From: Zancudomyces culisetae HAW-14-8
Lineage: Eukaryota; Fungi; Kickxellomycota
Length of the DNA stretch: 64,000 bases
Direction: 5' to 3'
Assembly (NCBI GenBank): GCA_052426225.1
Contig: JBNJNM010000007.1
Location: 930,001 to 994,000 of the forward strand
Positions 34,992 to 46,111 of this stretch are shown in pieces (the stretch's first letter is position 1; every line of letters begins with the position of its first letter). The position numbers and the translations under genes are program-made. A model generated the notes under the pieces. That model was not told where the DNA came from. It searched no databases and saw nothing but the letters and a program-made list of their open reading frames with translations.

Positions 34992-37832
34992 GAGGGAGAC
35001 TGAGGATGTTCCAGGAGGCTTGGATGCGCCTCACAGATCACAAATGGATACTCCAAGTGATCTCAGAAGGGTTCAGAATCCCCTTCAAAACGCATCCACC
35101 GACGGTCAAGCAGAAAAAACCGTTAGGTTACAACTTAAAAAAGCTTCCAGAAAAAGTGGTCGAACAGGAGATAGCAAACCTCCTGTCAAAGAAAGCAATA
35201 GAGGAAGCTTCATCCGCGCAGCCAGGGTTCTACTCAAATCCGTTTACAATCCCAAAGAAGAACGGAGGCACGCGGATGGTACTGAATTTAAGACCGTTAA
35301 ATCAGTACATCCCACAGCGACATTTCAAGATGGAGTCGCTCACAACTATCTCCAGAATGATCCGCAAAGGGGATTATATGACCAGCATAGACCTCAGCGA
35401 TGCATTTCTACACGTATTGATCAACAAAACGTCCAGAAAGTATCTCAGGTTTACATGGGGCGGTCGCACCTACCAGTACAGAGTGCTCCCATTTGGTCTA
35501 TCTTTAAGCCCACTAGTATTCACAAAAATACTAAAACCAGTACTGAAATGGGCCAGAGCTCGCGGGATACGAATGTCGAGCTACTTAGACGATTTGTTAA
35601 TCTTAGGATCAACAAAAACAGAGTGTCTAAAGTTCACAAATATGGTTTTCAAGAAACTGGTGAAACTGGGATTCCTGATCAACCAGGAAAAGTCATCAAT
35701 ACATCCCAAACAATGTATTACGCATCTTGGGATGGACATCAACAGCCGTCAGATGAGTTTCAAGATACCCAAACAGAAACTCAAAGATTTAGCGAGAGAG
35801 GCATCCAGGTTGATACACAAAGGGTGTACAACACTGAAGGATCTGGCATCATTCATTGGCAAAACGCAGGCAGTGAATATAGCACTCAGACCGGGACGAC
35901 TGATGAGCAGGAGGTTGTTAGAGCTCAAAAACAACACTCTGAAACGCACCACGGATTGGAGTTCACAAGTAACACTGAATCAGCCCGCACTGGACAATCT
36001 GACGTGGTGGAGGGACCATCTGAAGCAATGGAATGGTCTATGCTTCCTTCCGGAGATCCCAGAGATAGAAGTATATACGGATGCAAGCGACAATCACTGG
36101 GGGATAGTGATAGACAGCAATCAGTATACGGGGACATGGACACGACAACAGATGAAGCTCCCTATCAATGCGAAGGAATTATTAGCAATCCAGTATGCAG
36201 TGAAGCTGCCGCAGGTTCAGAGAAAGAGTGTTGTTGTATATTGCGACAACAACACTTCAATCAGTTACATCAAGAAGCATGGGGGAACCAAATCAGTGAA
36301 TCTGATGGACATTTCGGAAGAAATTTGGAAACATTGCATCAGCAATGGCACTCGGGTTCAGATTCAGTATGTGCCATCAATACTGAATCCAGCGGATGCA
36401 CCATCACGTTTAACAGCTCAAACAGAGTGGTCACTATCAGACAAGATGTTTCAGAAGATACAGAAACAGTTTGGTCCACACGATGTGGACATGTTTGCCA
36501 ACAACAACAACCACAAACTACCAACATTTGTGAGTTGGAAATGGACACCAGGAGCAGCGAAAACGAATGCATTCAATCATCATTGGAGCATTTGGACGAA
36601 TCCATACCTTTGTCCACCATGGAATCTGATACAGAAAACACTACAGAAGATCAGACAGGACAAAGTATCAGCGACATTCATAACACCGTTTTGGAGGTCA
36701 GCACCATGGTATCCAGACCTCAAGAGCATGCTAATAGCTCCACCGATCAAGATATTAGCTCCACAGATAATTCCGGATCCAAAAAGCGGAAAGCAAGTGA
36801 CACTGATAAACAAAACATGGTCGCTTACGGCTTGGAAATTAAGCGCGCACGCCTTGAAAAAACGGGTTTAAAAGATTCAGTTATCACGTTAATGACAACT
36901 GGTAAACGAAATATGGCAAAACAAAAACAATATTACAACATCAAGGTAAAGTTTATTAAGTGGTTAGAGTCTGCAAAACTTGATATTAATAACGTTTCAG
37001 TTGTTGATGTTATCAATTTCCTTGATGAACATCGTATTAGTAACAATTTAAAAGTTGGTACTATAAAAAACTACAAGTCTGCTATCATCGATATTAATGC
37101 TGAATGGCGAACATTTAGCAGCGATATTTTGATGATTGATTATTTAAAACAGCTCGATTCAACTTCAGTTCGATCTTTTAACAACCCAAACTACGATATA
37201 ATCCGATTATCGAACATATTAAAAAATTTGGTTCAAATTTTAAAATGAGCAAGCAAAATTTAACAATTAAATTTTGTTGGTTGCTAGCAATTTATGGATT
37301 TTTGAGACCTTCTGACATTGAACGAATTGACGATTCAAAGATGGTAATCAATAAATATATTGTTAAATTTGTTATTGTTGGACCAAAAGAAAAGCGAAGT
37401 GGAAATCCGATTGAAAAGGTCAGTATAATCCACGCACATAGCGACTATAAATTATGTCCTGTAGTAACATACAGAGCATATAAAAAACGCATTGCAACTT
37501 TTCCGAGTGTTGCAAACCATCCGATCCTCGATGGGCTACAATTGCACTACCTCATCTGCAATTTAAAGTATAACGACAAACACATTGGGGCACAACGAAT
37601 CAGTAAACATATTAATTCATTGATGTCACTCTTGCAGTTGCCAGAAAGCGCAAAGTTACCAAAAGCTCGAGCATTAGGATCTACTAGAGCTACAAAGCTA
37701 GGTGCGACATACGACGATGTTATTGCACAAGGATTTTGGGCAAGTAAAGGTATATTTGATACTTATTATCAATTATCACGTAGAACTCGTGAAAATTTAA
37801 CTCAATTTATCTTGAACTCTGAAGCTACATAA
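34120..37832 (+). pseudogene. DIRS tyrosine recombinase ORF: long overlapping frame 34120-37248 plus 37245-37832, split by a 1-nt frameshift at ~37201
   Basis: Core-binding-like region (DVINFL...TIKNYKSAI) followed by catalytic motifs LRPSD (R), GPKEK (K), PKAR (R), GFW (W) and DTYY (Y). Adding one A at ~37201 gives YDINPIIEHIKKFGSNFKMSKQ. Confidence 0.85.
34955..36871 (+). CDS. DIRS pol: reverse transcriptase, RNase H and methyltransferase-like domain (frame open from 34955, first ATG 35006)
   Basis: VGGRL..F...W, SIDLSDAF, LPFGLS, YLDD; RNase H YTDAS/INAKEL/YCDN/ADAPSR; C-terminal DVDMFA...YLCPPW...TPFW. Confidence 0.95.
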   Translation, partial: FSVCKQQQTPKVGGRLRMFQEAWMRLTDHKWILQVISEGFRIPFKTHPPTVKQKKPLGYNLKKLPEKVVEQEIANLLSKKAIEEASSAQPGFYSNPFTIPKKNGGTRMVLNLRPLNQYIPQRHFKMESLTTISRMIRKGDYMTSIDLSDAFLHVLINKTSRKYLRFTWGGRTYQYRVLPFGLSLSPLVFTKILKPVLKWARARGIRMSSYLDDLLILGSTKTECLKFTNMVFKKLVKLGFLINQEKSSIHPKQCITHLGMDINSRQMSFKIPKQKLKDLAREASRLIHKGCTTLKDLASFIGKTQAVNIALRPGRLMSRRLLELKNNTLKRTTDWSSQVTLNQPALDNLTWWRDHLKQWNGLCFLPEIPEIEVYTDASDNHWGIVIDSNQYTGTWTRQQMKLPINAKELLAIQYAVKLPQVQRKSVVVYCDNNTSISYIKKHGGTKSVNLMDISEEIWKHCISNGTRVQIQYVPSILNPADAPSRLTAQTEWSLSDKMFQKIQKQFGPHDVDMFANNNNHKLPTFVSWKWTPGAAKTNAFNHHWSIWTNPYLCPPWNLIQKTLQKIRQDKVSATFITPFWRSAPWYPDLKSMLIAPPIKILAPQIIPDPKSGKQVTLINKTWSLTAWKLSAHALKKRV

Positions 37833-37923
37833 TTGTATCTGGATAAGTGAAGCATAATAATATGTTTAGTTGAATGAAATGAAAACTTATTATTATTATG
37901 CGAACATCCAGATACAATTATGT
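37827..37923 (+). repeat. DIRS internal complementary region (ICR)
   Basis: 37827-37863 is the reverse complement of the left end 33740-33776. 37857-37923 is the reverse complement of the right end 38212-38278. TCCCACCC follows twice. Confidence 0.93.
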
Positions 37924-37955
37924 CCCACCCAATTCCCACCCATACCTAGCTCAAC

Positions 37956-38229
37956 GATGGTAAAGATTCATCAGGAAACAGGGGACATCAGTTTATATAT
38001 GGTTTAAATTTATTTTATTTAGTTAGTTTTACTTATTTTATAAAAATTATACAGTGATGTCTGTCATTACACACATCATTACGTATAAAGTTTCTAAATT
38101 TAAACACTCTTTTTATCGATTTAATTTTTTACCAAATTTTAAGGTAATGGATTAATCGATAAAAATAGTATCTAGGAAAGAATTTTCGATTTATAATAAA
38201 GATTGGTACACACATAATTGTATCTGGAT
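37956..38229 (-). repeat. DIRS right inverted terminal repeat, followed by the right extension 38230-38278
   Basis: Reverse complement of 33759-34032. Confidence 0.95.
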
Positions 38230-39717
38230 GTTCGCATAATAATAATAAGTTTTCATTTCATTCAACTAAACATATTATAATATTAATATTGGATAGACCA
38301 GCTTCTAGAATTTTCAAAACATCAATATTTAATGTTAAAATAGTTGGTTGAGTTACAACTTTTGGTAGACTGACCTATTATCGTTCAACAAACTAGGATA
38401 ACGGAATAATTAAATAAAAGTTATGAGAAAAAAAGAAAATCAATGTCTTAATAGGTTCAAAAAATAATAAGTGGTTTTGGAGTCTGTGACTAGAAACGAG
38501 ATATAGAAACTATTGTGATACCCAAATAAAAATAAAGCATAAAGCATACAATTTTAAAGACCATTTGATACCATAAAGAAATATAACTGGATGGTAAGTT
38601 TATTATTCTCGGTTGAGTTGGATAGCAACTGCTGTGGTGAACTAAAGCCTGTTGGATGCAGCATAACTAAATTGTACTGTAAAAAATATATAGTTAAAAC
38701 AAAGTGTATGTATAAATTAACAAAGATCTAGTAAAGTCAAAAGTCAATTTGTTTTGACTTGGAATTATTCATATTGGTAATTGTATGTTTGTAGATTGAC
38801 TCTAGATCAATAGCAAATATATGTTTTTTGGGGGGTATTTACTATGTAGAGCTGTGTTACGATACAGGAACCAAATTGTCTATAAACAAAGTAAATGTCT
38901 CTAAGATAATAACAATTATAAAGGTGAAGAGAAAAGAAAAAAAGTTGTAAGAGCAAATAGATTTTTAGGGGCAAAACCTTCCTCAATATCTCGACCAAAT
39001 TAGGTTTTGTTATTACAAAGGAAATGAACTCATCAGTATTTTTTGATATTTGTTTGTTAGACGTTTTGTAATAAAAAAAACATATTGACTTTTACATCTA
39101 CACTGTTTATTTAACTTTCAAGGGAACAGAATCACAATTTATTGATTAATTTAAAGTTGTAGTCAATTACTATGATGATTTTCTTTTAACAAGGAAACAT
39201 TTTTACAATTATAGTATAGGTATATGAAATTAAGACCACTGTTTGAAAAGTAAAGTCAATATCAAGTACGCTTTTACTTTCCACTCCTTTTAACATTAGC
39301 AAAAAAATGAAACTGTCTTTGATGAATAATTTACTAATGCTAAATTTTCACTAATTCGTAGCACTACAGAAAAACATAAACAACTATTCTACCTTTGTAA
39401 CATCACATTTCAAAGTATATTAAGCGTCTTATTTTTCTACCAGATATAATAAGTTTGCTCATTCAATGCTAAAAGAGTTTATTGAAATGTTTATAGATGT
39501 TGTTGATTTTCTTTGCTTTATGAATATATTATATAAATACCGAATAACTTGCCTATGTTGAATTGACTATTTTATCGTAAAGAACCATAAATTTTTAATC
39601 AACGATAATAAAGACCCATATATTTGACATTATACCATTCGAATTTGTTTGTGATACTTGGAAAAACAAGTATAGAGTATATCTAGAATTGAAATAAAGA
39701 TTTCACTGATACCGAAT

Positions 39718-40194
39718 ATGGCAACCTCTTCAAGTATAAAAAGACCATCGTCATCCACGATAAAGAGGCTAACAAACACTATTTCCATAATTATATTAGC
39801 CAGACCGGAATTAATACTACAAACAGACTTTTTACTTGAAATAATTATGGAGAGCTTTGTATTGAATAACATTACCAAGTTCGAATATTTTGGTCTCTTT
39901 ATTATTTTATCCATACAAATCAAAAACTTCTTTAGCGAGAAATGGAGTTATGAATTAGAGAAAGAAAAACTGACCTTCGAGGAAAAGAAGGAAAAGGATC
40001 GAATAGCCTTAGAGAAAGAAAAACTGGCCTTCGAGGAAAAAAAATTACAAGTGGAACAGGGTAATATGATTGATAAAATTCTTTTAGAATACGAATTAAA
40101 AAATTCTAAGGGAGCTCTGGATATCGATAAGCTGAGAAAGCGATATAAATCTAAACCAGAGCCAAAAAAATTATTATCCATAAACTCAGAATGA
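39718..40194 (+). CDS. Small hypothetical membrane/coiled-coil protein, paralog A
   Basis: One hydrophobic segment (YFGLFIILSIQI) and a duplicated LEKEKL.FEEKK repeat. The N-terminus and upstream DNA are homologous to the gene at 44562. Confidence 0.5.
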   Translation: MATSSSIKRPSSSTIKRLTNTISIIILARPELILQTDFLLEIIMESFVLNNITKFEYFGLFIILSIQIKNFFSEKWSYELEKEKLTFEEKKEKDRIALEKEKLAFEEKKLQVEQGNMIDKILLEYELKNSKGALDIDKLRKRYKSKPEPKKLLSINSE

Positions 40195-40579
40195 CTTTGC
40201 TGTTTGTTATTCTTTAACGCTATTTTTTTTTATCAAGTTACAGATTTCCTTCGATTAGCTTTTTCTAATATTCAAGAATACAAATGAATAAATATAAATT
40301 TACTATCAATCTCCCACCTTCATCATCCTCAAATTGAAAATTTGTTAATATTTATTTTTCATGAATAAAATGAACCAAAATTATCTATACCTTACAATAT
40401 ATCGAATTTTGAAAATCAATTATAATTCCCTGCTTTTTCTTCCAGATTCTTAAAAATAAACATGTATGAGTATAATGTTATCAACTGAATTTGGTACAGA
40501 CAATAAATGATGAATTTTGAGTTATTGACGATTATCTTTTACTGGTTCTAAAGGTAATATTAGGCCTAAATATGATTGA

Positions 40580-41520
40580 GTGGTTATTTGAGAGATACTC
40601 AAGTTTGCTTGGAGCAAGTAAGCACAGGGAAATATTTGAAATTTCGTAAAGTTGGGAATCAATTCAAAAGATGCTTTGGTAAATACGGCGGAGGAAGCAA
40701 ATTTCACGGCGACCACGGAGAAGATGCACAGTCCAACACCAATTTAAAGTCAATCGAAGAATAGGGAGCTAAGGGTAATACTGCAGTGGGAGCGCAACAA
40801 GTGAGATTTAGCACGATTCAGAATATTTTTTAAAAAATGGCGCTCGGGATGAATGAAAGTCTTCCAATTCAAAGAAGGGGGCTTGAGGGGTTTTTTTTAG
40901 TTTCAGCGAGAAAAAACAACCTAGTGCAATTGAATATGGCAGAATAAGTAAAAAAATAGAATTTGAAATTACCTTAAATGCTGAGGAGTTAGCAATGGAT
41001 ATAATGGGTGTCGCTGTTGGTGAAGACGGTGGAAGTGACAAAAACATAGTAGCGATAAGTGAAAATGGGTCGATATTTTGATGGGATCTTGGAGTTGATA
41101 GAATAACTATAAAGAATTTTAGGAGCCTAGGTGTTGAATCGATTGTACAGAAGAAGCAAGAGACAGTTAGTGGCGGTAGTAAAGGAAAGCATAAAGACAA
41201 GGAATGGGAAAGTGCGGAAGAGAGAGTTTCAAGTACAAGGTTAAAAAATAGTTTGGCCAAGAATAGAAAAAAGATGGGATACCAGAGGGTAGTGACACAG
41301 AAAAAAACAGCAAGGTATTTGTGTTCAATCTCGAGTGTATGTGTAGGTGTATTGAGACCCAATTTGTGTGGATTCGATGAATTACGGTTTTCAAGTGTGA
41401 GTTTGGTTCAAAGTATTATAGAATCCTTCAGAACAGAAATGGGTGTGGCAGTGTTTAGCCAAATTAGTAGGTCTGGTGTTCCTGTCAAGTATGTTGATCC
41501 ACAAATATTTCAAGAGGGAA
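40580..41520 (+). pseudogene. Decayed coding-like relic, possibly ORF1 of a non-LTR element
   Basis: Purine-rich, coding-like sequence broken by stops and frameshifts. RYLCSISSVCVGVLRPNL...ELRFSSVSLVQSIIE...VDP resembles, from memory only, ORF1-like proteins of zygomycete LINEs. Confidence 0.3.
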
Positions 41521-43560
41521 TAGTTGGCGCGTGTATTCTTAGTAACGATTCGGAATTTGTGGCAGCCATATCACAGTCGCAAAAGATAGGGATATATAAC
41601 ACCAGTGATAGCAGCAAAGTCAATTCCAGTAATTTTGTATATCTGATTGATATGGTAGATACGCCAAACTATCCAAAGTTCCGAAAATTTGCTGTAGATT
41701 TTCAAAGAGACCATGAGGGTTTGTTCCGTAAAGGATTGGTTCCTAGCTACAAAATCCTGAACAAAAAACCAAAAGCCCCGTGTTTTGGGTACTTGGGGTT
41801 GACATCGGATGAATTGACGACATTCCACACTTGCAATAATAAGAAAAGTCGATACCAAAAGGGTTTTAGATCTAATTCGACCCGATTTATCACGATTCAA
41901 AAATTAATCACAAACATGAACACAATCACAAAAGTAATAAACTCAAATTGAACTCAAATACTACAGTAGAGGATTATGTAATTTCACCATATGAGAGTAC
42001 CATTGATTCTTCATCAAGAAAAATGCTTCACTGCTAGGGCAACCTGTCTCTGATGCGTGGTACTGGCTTTGTGCGTTATCTAAGTTGATATACCGCACCA
42101 TTTTCAATATCATCAAGTCACTCATTCTCTACCAAAAAATCGAATCGTAACATAAAAAACAGCCCAAGTTTAAGTTCATCCAAGTCATTTACAACATTAT
42201 GAGGGGATGGGGTTTCTTGGGTTGTAGCGATACTGATATTTATTTTCAAGCGACCAACAACAGCAATACTTTTGGCGAACTAGGCCATCTTGGACTTCCA
42301 AATGACTTTGAACTGTCTAGTAGCAAAGGAGGTTACTCATCTAGGAGCAAAAATTCTAAGGCTGGTGGCGCTCAAAATGGCAGTTTAGGTGGTAACAATG
42401 CGGTTGGCTACCGTTCCTCTTTTCAATTTTCTTGGGAGCTTTGGACATTTGATTTGTTTGTTTTGTTTGGTAACACGTTGTATACAAAGCCTGAATATCA
42501 GAACATTGATTCTTCTGTAAACAAATTTTCACTGGCTTTGACTAGTGAAAAACAAAATGATACCAATACCAATATTGGTAGTGTTGGTATTGACACCATT
42601 AGCGGCTGTAGCGATAAAAATAGTAGTAAGAATATTGGTAACAATAATAATGACAACGTTTCGTTACCCTCGAATTTCTACCCCTTAAACTCTCCATCCT
42701 TTTCTTTATTTACCCCCAGCTACCTTCAAAAACTCAACATTTTATCAATGAACTTACCATTAAACCTTTCAATTCAGCTACCATCATACTACAAATATCA
42801 ATCCTAAACCAACTTTTTGGCTTAATATTCTCCTCCAAATACTGTCGTTTATTCCGTCTCTGATATCTGTGTAGACTTTAATCCTGCACTTTTATTCGAC
42901 TTGCTTCCTCTCTAATTTCAACACCACAGCGCTTCCTCACCCCTTGTTGAACCAATAGCATGTGCTGACGATGTATCTTCTCATTCTTCCTTTGATCCAC
43001 TTTCCGATCATCCGTCCGTCAATTCTATGGCTACGAATATGAATTCTGTAGCCTCGAATAATTTGGATGCTTCTTTGCGTGATCGTCCATTTAATAGATT
43101 TCATTTTGATACCAATACTCCGTTTGTTGTTATCAAGTCAATCAAGCTTGTTCAAAGTGGAACCCCTCGTAACTACTCTCGGTATCTCGATTCTATTTCC
43201 AACTTAAACAACATTGTGAATACAAGTGTGAATGCAACTGCAAACACACCTCTAAATACCAGCACTAGTGTAAATAACAGCAATCTCGTAAATACAGATA
43301 ATTCTAAAAACATCAGAGGTATCAATGGTAGAAACCTCACTTTCAATTTATATTGTGAATATAATAGCGATGCCAGTCAGAAATTCACCACTCATGGACC
43401 CAAGAATTTCATTGATACGATCAAAGAGTGTTAGTCTTACACATTCCTTTTCGTAAACTGTTTTAGCTGTGGCTTCTGGGAATACCATCAAGTTGATATC
43501 TGTATAACCTCATTGATCGCTTTCGTAAGTATATTGTAGAAGTGATGCAATTATTAGATT
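41520..43560 (+). pseudogene. Fragmented Ser/Asn-rich coding-like sequence of unknown origin
   Basis: Consecutive same-strand ORF fragments (41253-41951, 42199-42807, 43027-43434) with coding-like composition, separated by stops and frameshifts. Confidence 0.3.
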
Positions 43561-44561
43561 GCTTTTTTTTAATTCCAACCTTTCTGTTTAGAATTTAGTT
43601 GGTTCTATTTTGTACACTGCCTTTTTTTTTGTTTCTACATTGTTTTTTTTAGGATTAGCGATTGATCGGGATATATTTGGATCTATGCCTAACAGCACTA
43701 TAGTATATCTAGTGGTTGTGATGAAATATTTGCATTTGATTAGGAAATAATCAGATGGTTGAATATGAACTATTAGGAGTTTCGGAGCTTTTGCATTGAA
43801 CTAAAAAAATGGTTCAAGAATGCGAACAACAAACGGGATGCATAGTAGTGATAGCTACATTCATCCGTTATATCCATGGAGTCAGCTCTAGGTCTTTAGT
43901 TATAATGAAATTCAACTCATAGCATTATTTGGTGTATTTGCTATTTAGTTCAACACCCATAATCACTTTGATTTTTACTGCTTAAATGTTTATATTTGAG
44001 GGAACAAGTCCACAGCATAATACTGTTTTAAAACTATACTCAATGACTTTTATTATTTACCTGTCAACAAAGAATAAAAATAAACAGTGATTCTTCACAT
44101 TCAGCACTAAATTAGATCAAACTATATATTGGTTTATCAGATATAGAGCTATTGGATAAAAAAAAGTCTGAAAGCAAGTATTATTACTTTCAATTCCTTC
44201 AATTAAAACTAGCAAAATAGAAACAGAATGAATAATAATTTACTAATATTTAACTTTCTCCGTATTCACGCCACAATAAAAATAATCTAAACAACTATAC
44301 TGCCTTTGTAACATAATCTCAAAAATATATATACGTTATACTTTTTTCAATAGAATATATTTCTTATTCAAAAAAATAGAGCTCGTTGAAATATATATTG
44401 ATATTGAGTTTATGCTTTTTCTATTTTAAAATCATTGAAGTTTAATATAAACAATAAAGTCCATCGTATTGGACAAATACCTTTCGAATTTGTTTATAAT
44501 ACTTAAAAGAAACAATATAGAGTATATTTAGAACTGAAATAAAACATCTTTGGTATTGAAT

Positions 44562-45008
44562 ATGGCAACCACTTCAAGTATAAAAAGATCATCGTCAACT
44601 ACGATAAAGACGTTACCAAAGACTACTTTAATAATATTCTTAAAGTCGGAGTCAATCATTGTAGATGGTCTTTTACTAGGTTTTATTATGGAAACTCTTA
44701 TTTTTAAACACATTGACAGGGTAGAGGTTGCTTCGTTGATATTAATTCCCATTTGGCTGATTAGGGAAATTATATTTGGATATTCAATATTACATTTTGA
44801 AATACATCAAGAAAAGGCAAAGCTAGAGCTAGAAAAATACTGTATTATTCTACAACAGAATAACGAAACCAAACTGAGGCTTCTAGAACTTCAGCTTAGG
44901 TACGACAAGAATGGTAAAATTGATTGGGCAAACATTTATTCAAATTTTATTGTCTGCCCTGGCCCTCATACCAATGCTAGTTCCAGTGTTTCGAATTTTC
45001 AGATTTAA
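44562..45008 (+). CDS. Small hypothetical membrane/coiled-coil protein, paralog B
   Basis: MATTSSIKRSSSTTIKTL vs MATSSSIKRPSSSTIKRL in paralog A. Hydrophobic VASLILIPIWLI segment, then EKAKLELEK. Confidence 0.5.
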   Translation: MATTSSIKRSSSTTIKTLPKTTLIIFLKSESIIVDGLLLGFIMETLIFKHIDRVEVASLILIPIWLIREIIFGYSILHFEIHQEKAKLELEKYCIILQQNNETKLRLLELQLRYDKNGKIDWANIYSNFIVCPGPHTNASSSVSNFQI

Positions 45009-46079
45009 ATAATCACAACACTTGAGAATCCATTTAAATTTATTTTATTTATTAACAAACAAAAAAATATGAATTAAATTTCTGATCACAAAACGAAGAA
45101 AAATTCAGATAAAAAAACCAAAAAAATTACAAAAAGGAACAAAAACAGAGTTTATTAGTATTAGTGTATTTAATTAATTTAAAAAGTATTTAATCGACTG
45201 TGGAAAATGTGGCAGACCACGAGGATGACGACAAGGCAGAGTATGAAACAAGAACGGATATAATAAACATTAATAGGATAAGTTTATAGTAATTTTAACA
45301 GTAGCAATTGAAGTATTTAAAAGCAAAAGACAACTCATTAGGAGTATCTTTTGCTCTTTTAGTAGTTTTGGAATATACAGTAACATGCAAATAAAGACAA
45401 TTGAACAAGAAGAAATTGTTGAATTAAGTTTACTTAGTTAAAACATAAATTAATAATACCCGTGCTTCGGCTAGTATTCAAAGTATTTAGGTTATAAACG
45501 TTTGAAATTATTAAAATTTCATATCAGGTCTTATAAAGCAGCTCCGCTCTGCCATCATCCAGCAGTTCAAAGAGGATGAGCGTTAGTATTCTGACAATGA
45601 TTGTTCAGGTGTCTCTTCTATGGAAATAAAACTAACATCACCAGATGATCCATTTCATTGTCTAGAAGAAGTTATTAGTTAGGAGTTTCTTTCAGTAAGA
45701 AACCCAACCAACGAACGTGATCTCTCGATCGCGTCCGACACTATCGAATTATTCCGTGAGATTTGTAAAGAATATAAATATTTCGGATATTAAATTGACA
45801 GGCAGATTGCTTATTCTCTAATGTGTCACTTTTTTTAGGTAATCTTTTAGTTAGATTTGTATTCAGTTAGGCGGTGATAAAAAATACACATAACTTTAAA
45901 ATATGTAATCAACTGGAGTATTTCTTGGTAGTTCAATTGAAATGTATTTGAATTCTCTTTTATACTTTTAATTACTTTTCAAATGAGTATTAGTTATTTG
46001 AAATAAAATACCACAACAAGATTAACTCAAATCGTGAACGTATTAGTTACATTCAAGTCAAAGTATAAACCGTTTTTCC

Positions 46080-46111
46080 AACACACACACACACACACAC
46101 ATACATACATA
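46080..46111. repeat. (AC)n/(ACAT)n microsatellite
   Basis: Directly visible. Confidence 0.8.

Larger units (their letters stand above)
33740..38278 (+). mobile_element. DIRS-type tyrosine-recombinase retrotransposon, structurally complete
   Basis: Carries gag, RT/RNaseH/MT and YR ORFs, 274-bp inverted terminal repeats, an internal complementary region matching both termini, and ATATTAT at both ends. Confidence 0.95.

Noticed and set aside
35006-36871. RT as a diversity-generating retroelement or retron acting on the ankyrin/trypsin repeats
   Set aside because: The RT is DIRS-type, and the duplicated tracts show no adenine-specific TR/VR mismatch pattern (the two mismatches are C/T).
33759-38229. 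Interpretation as a DNA transposon with TIRs or as an LTR element
   Set aside because: There is no DDE transposase/integrase or protease. RT plus YR plus ICR define DIRS.
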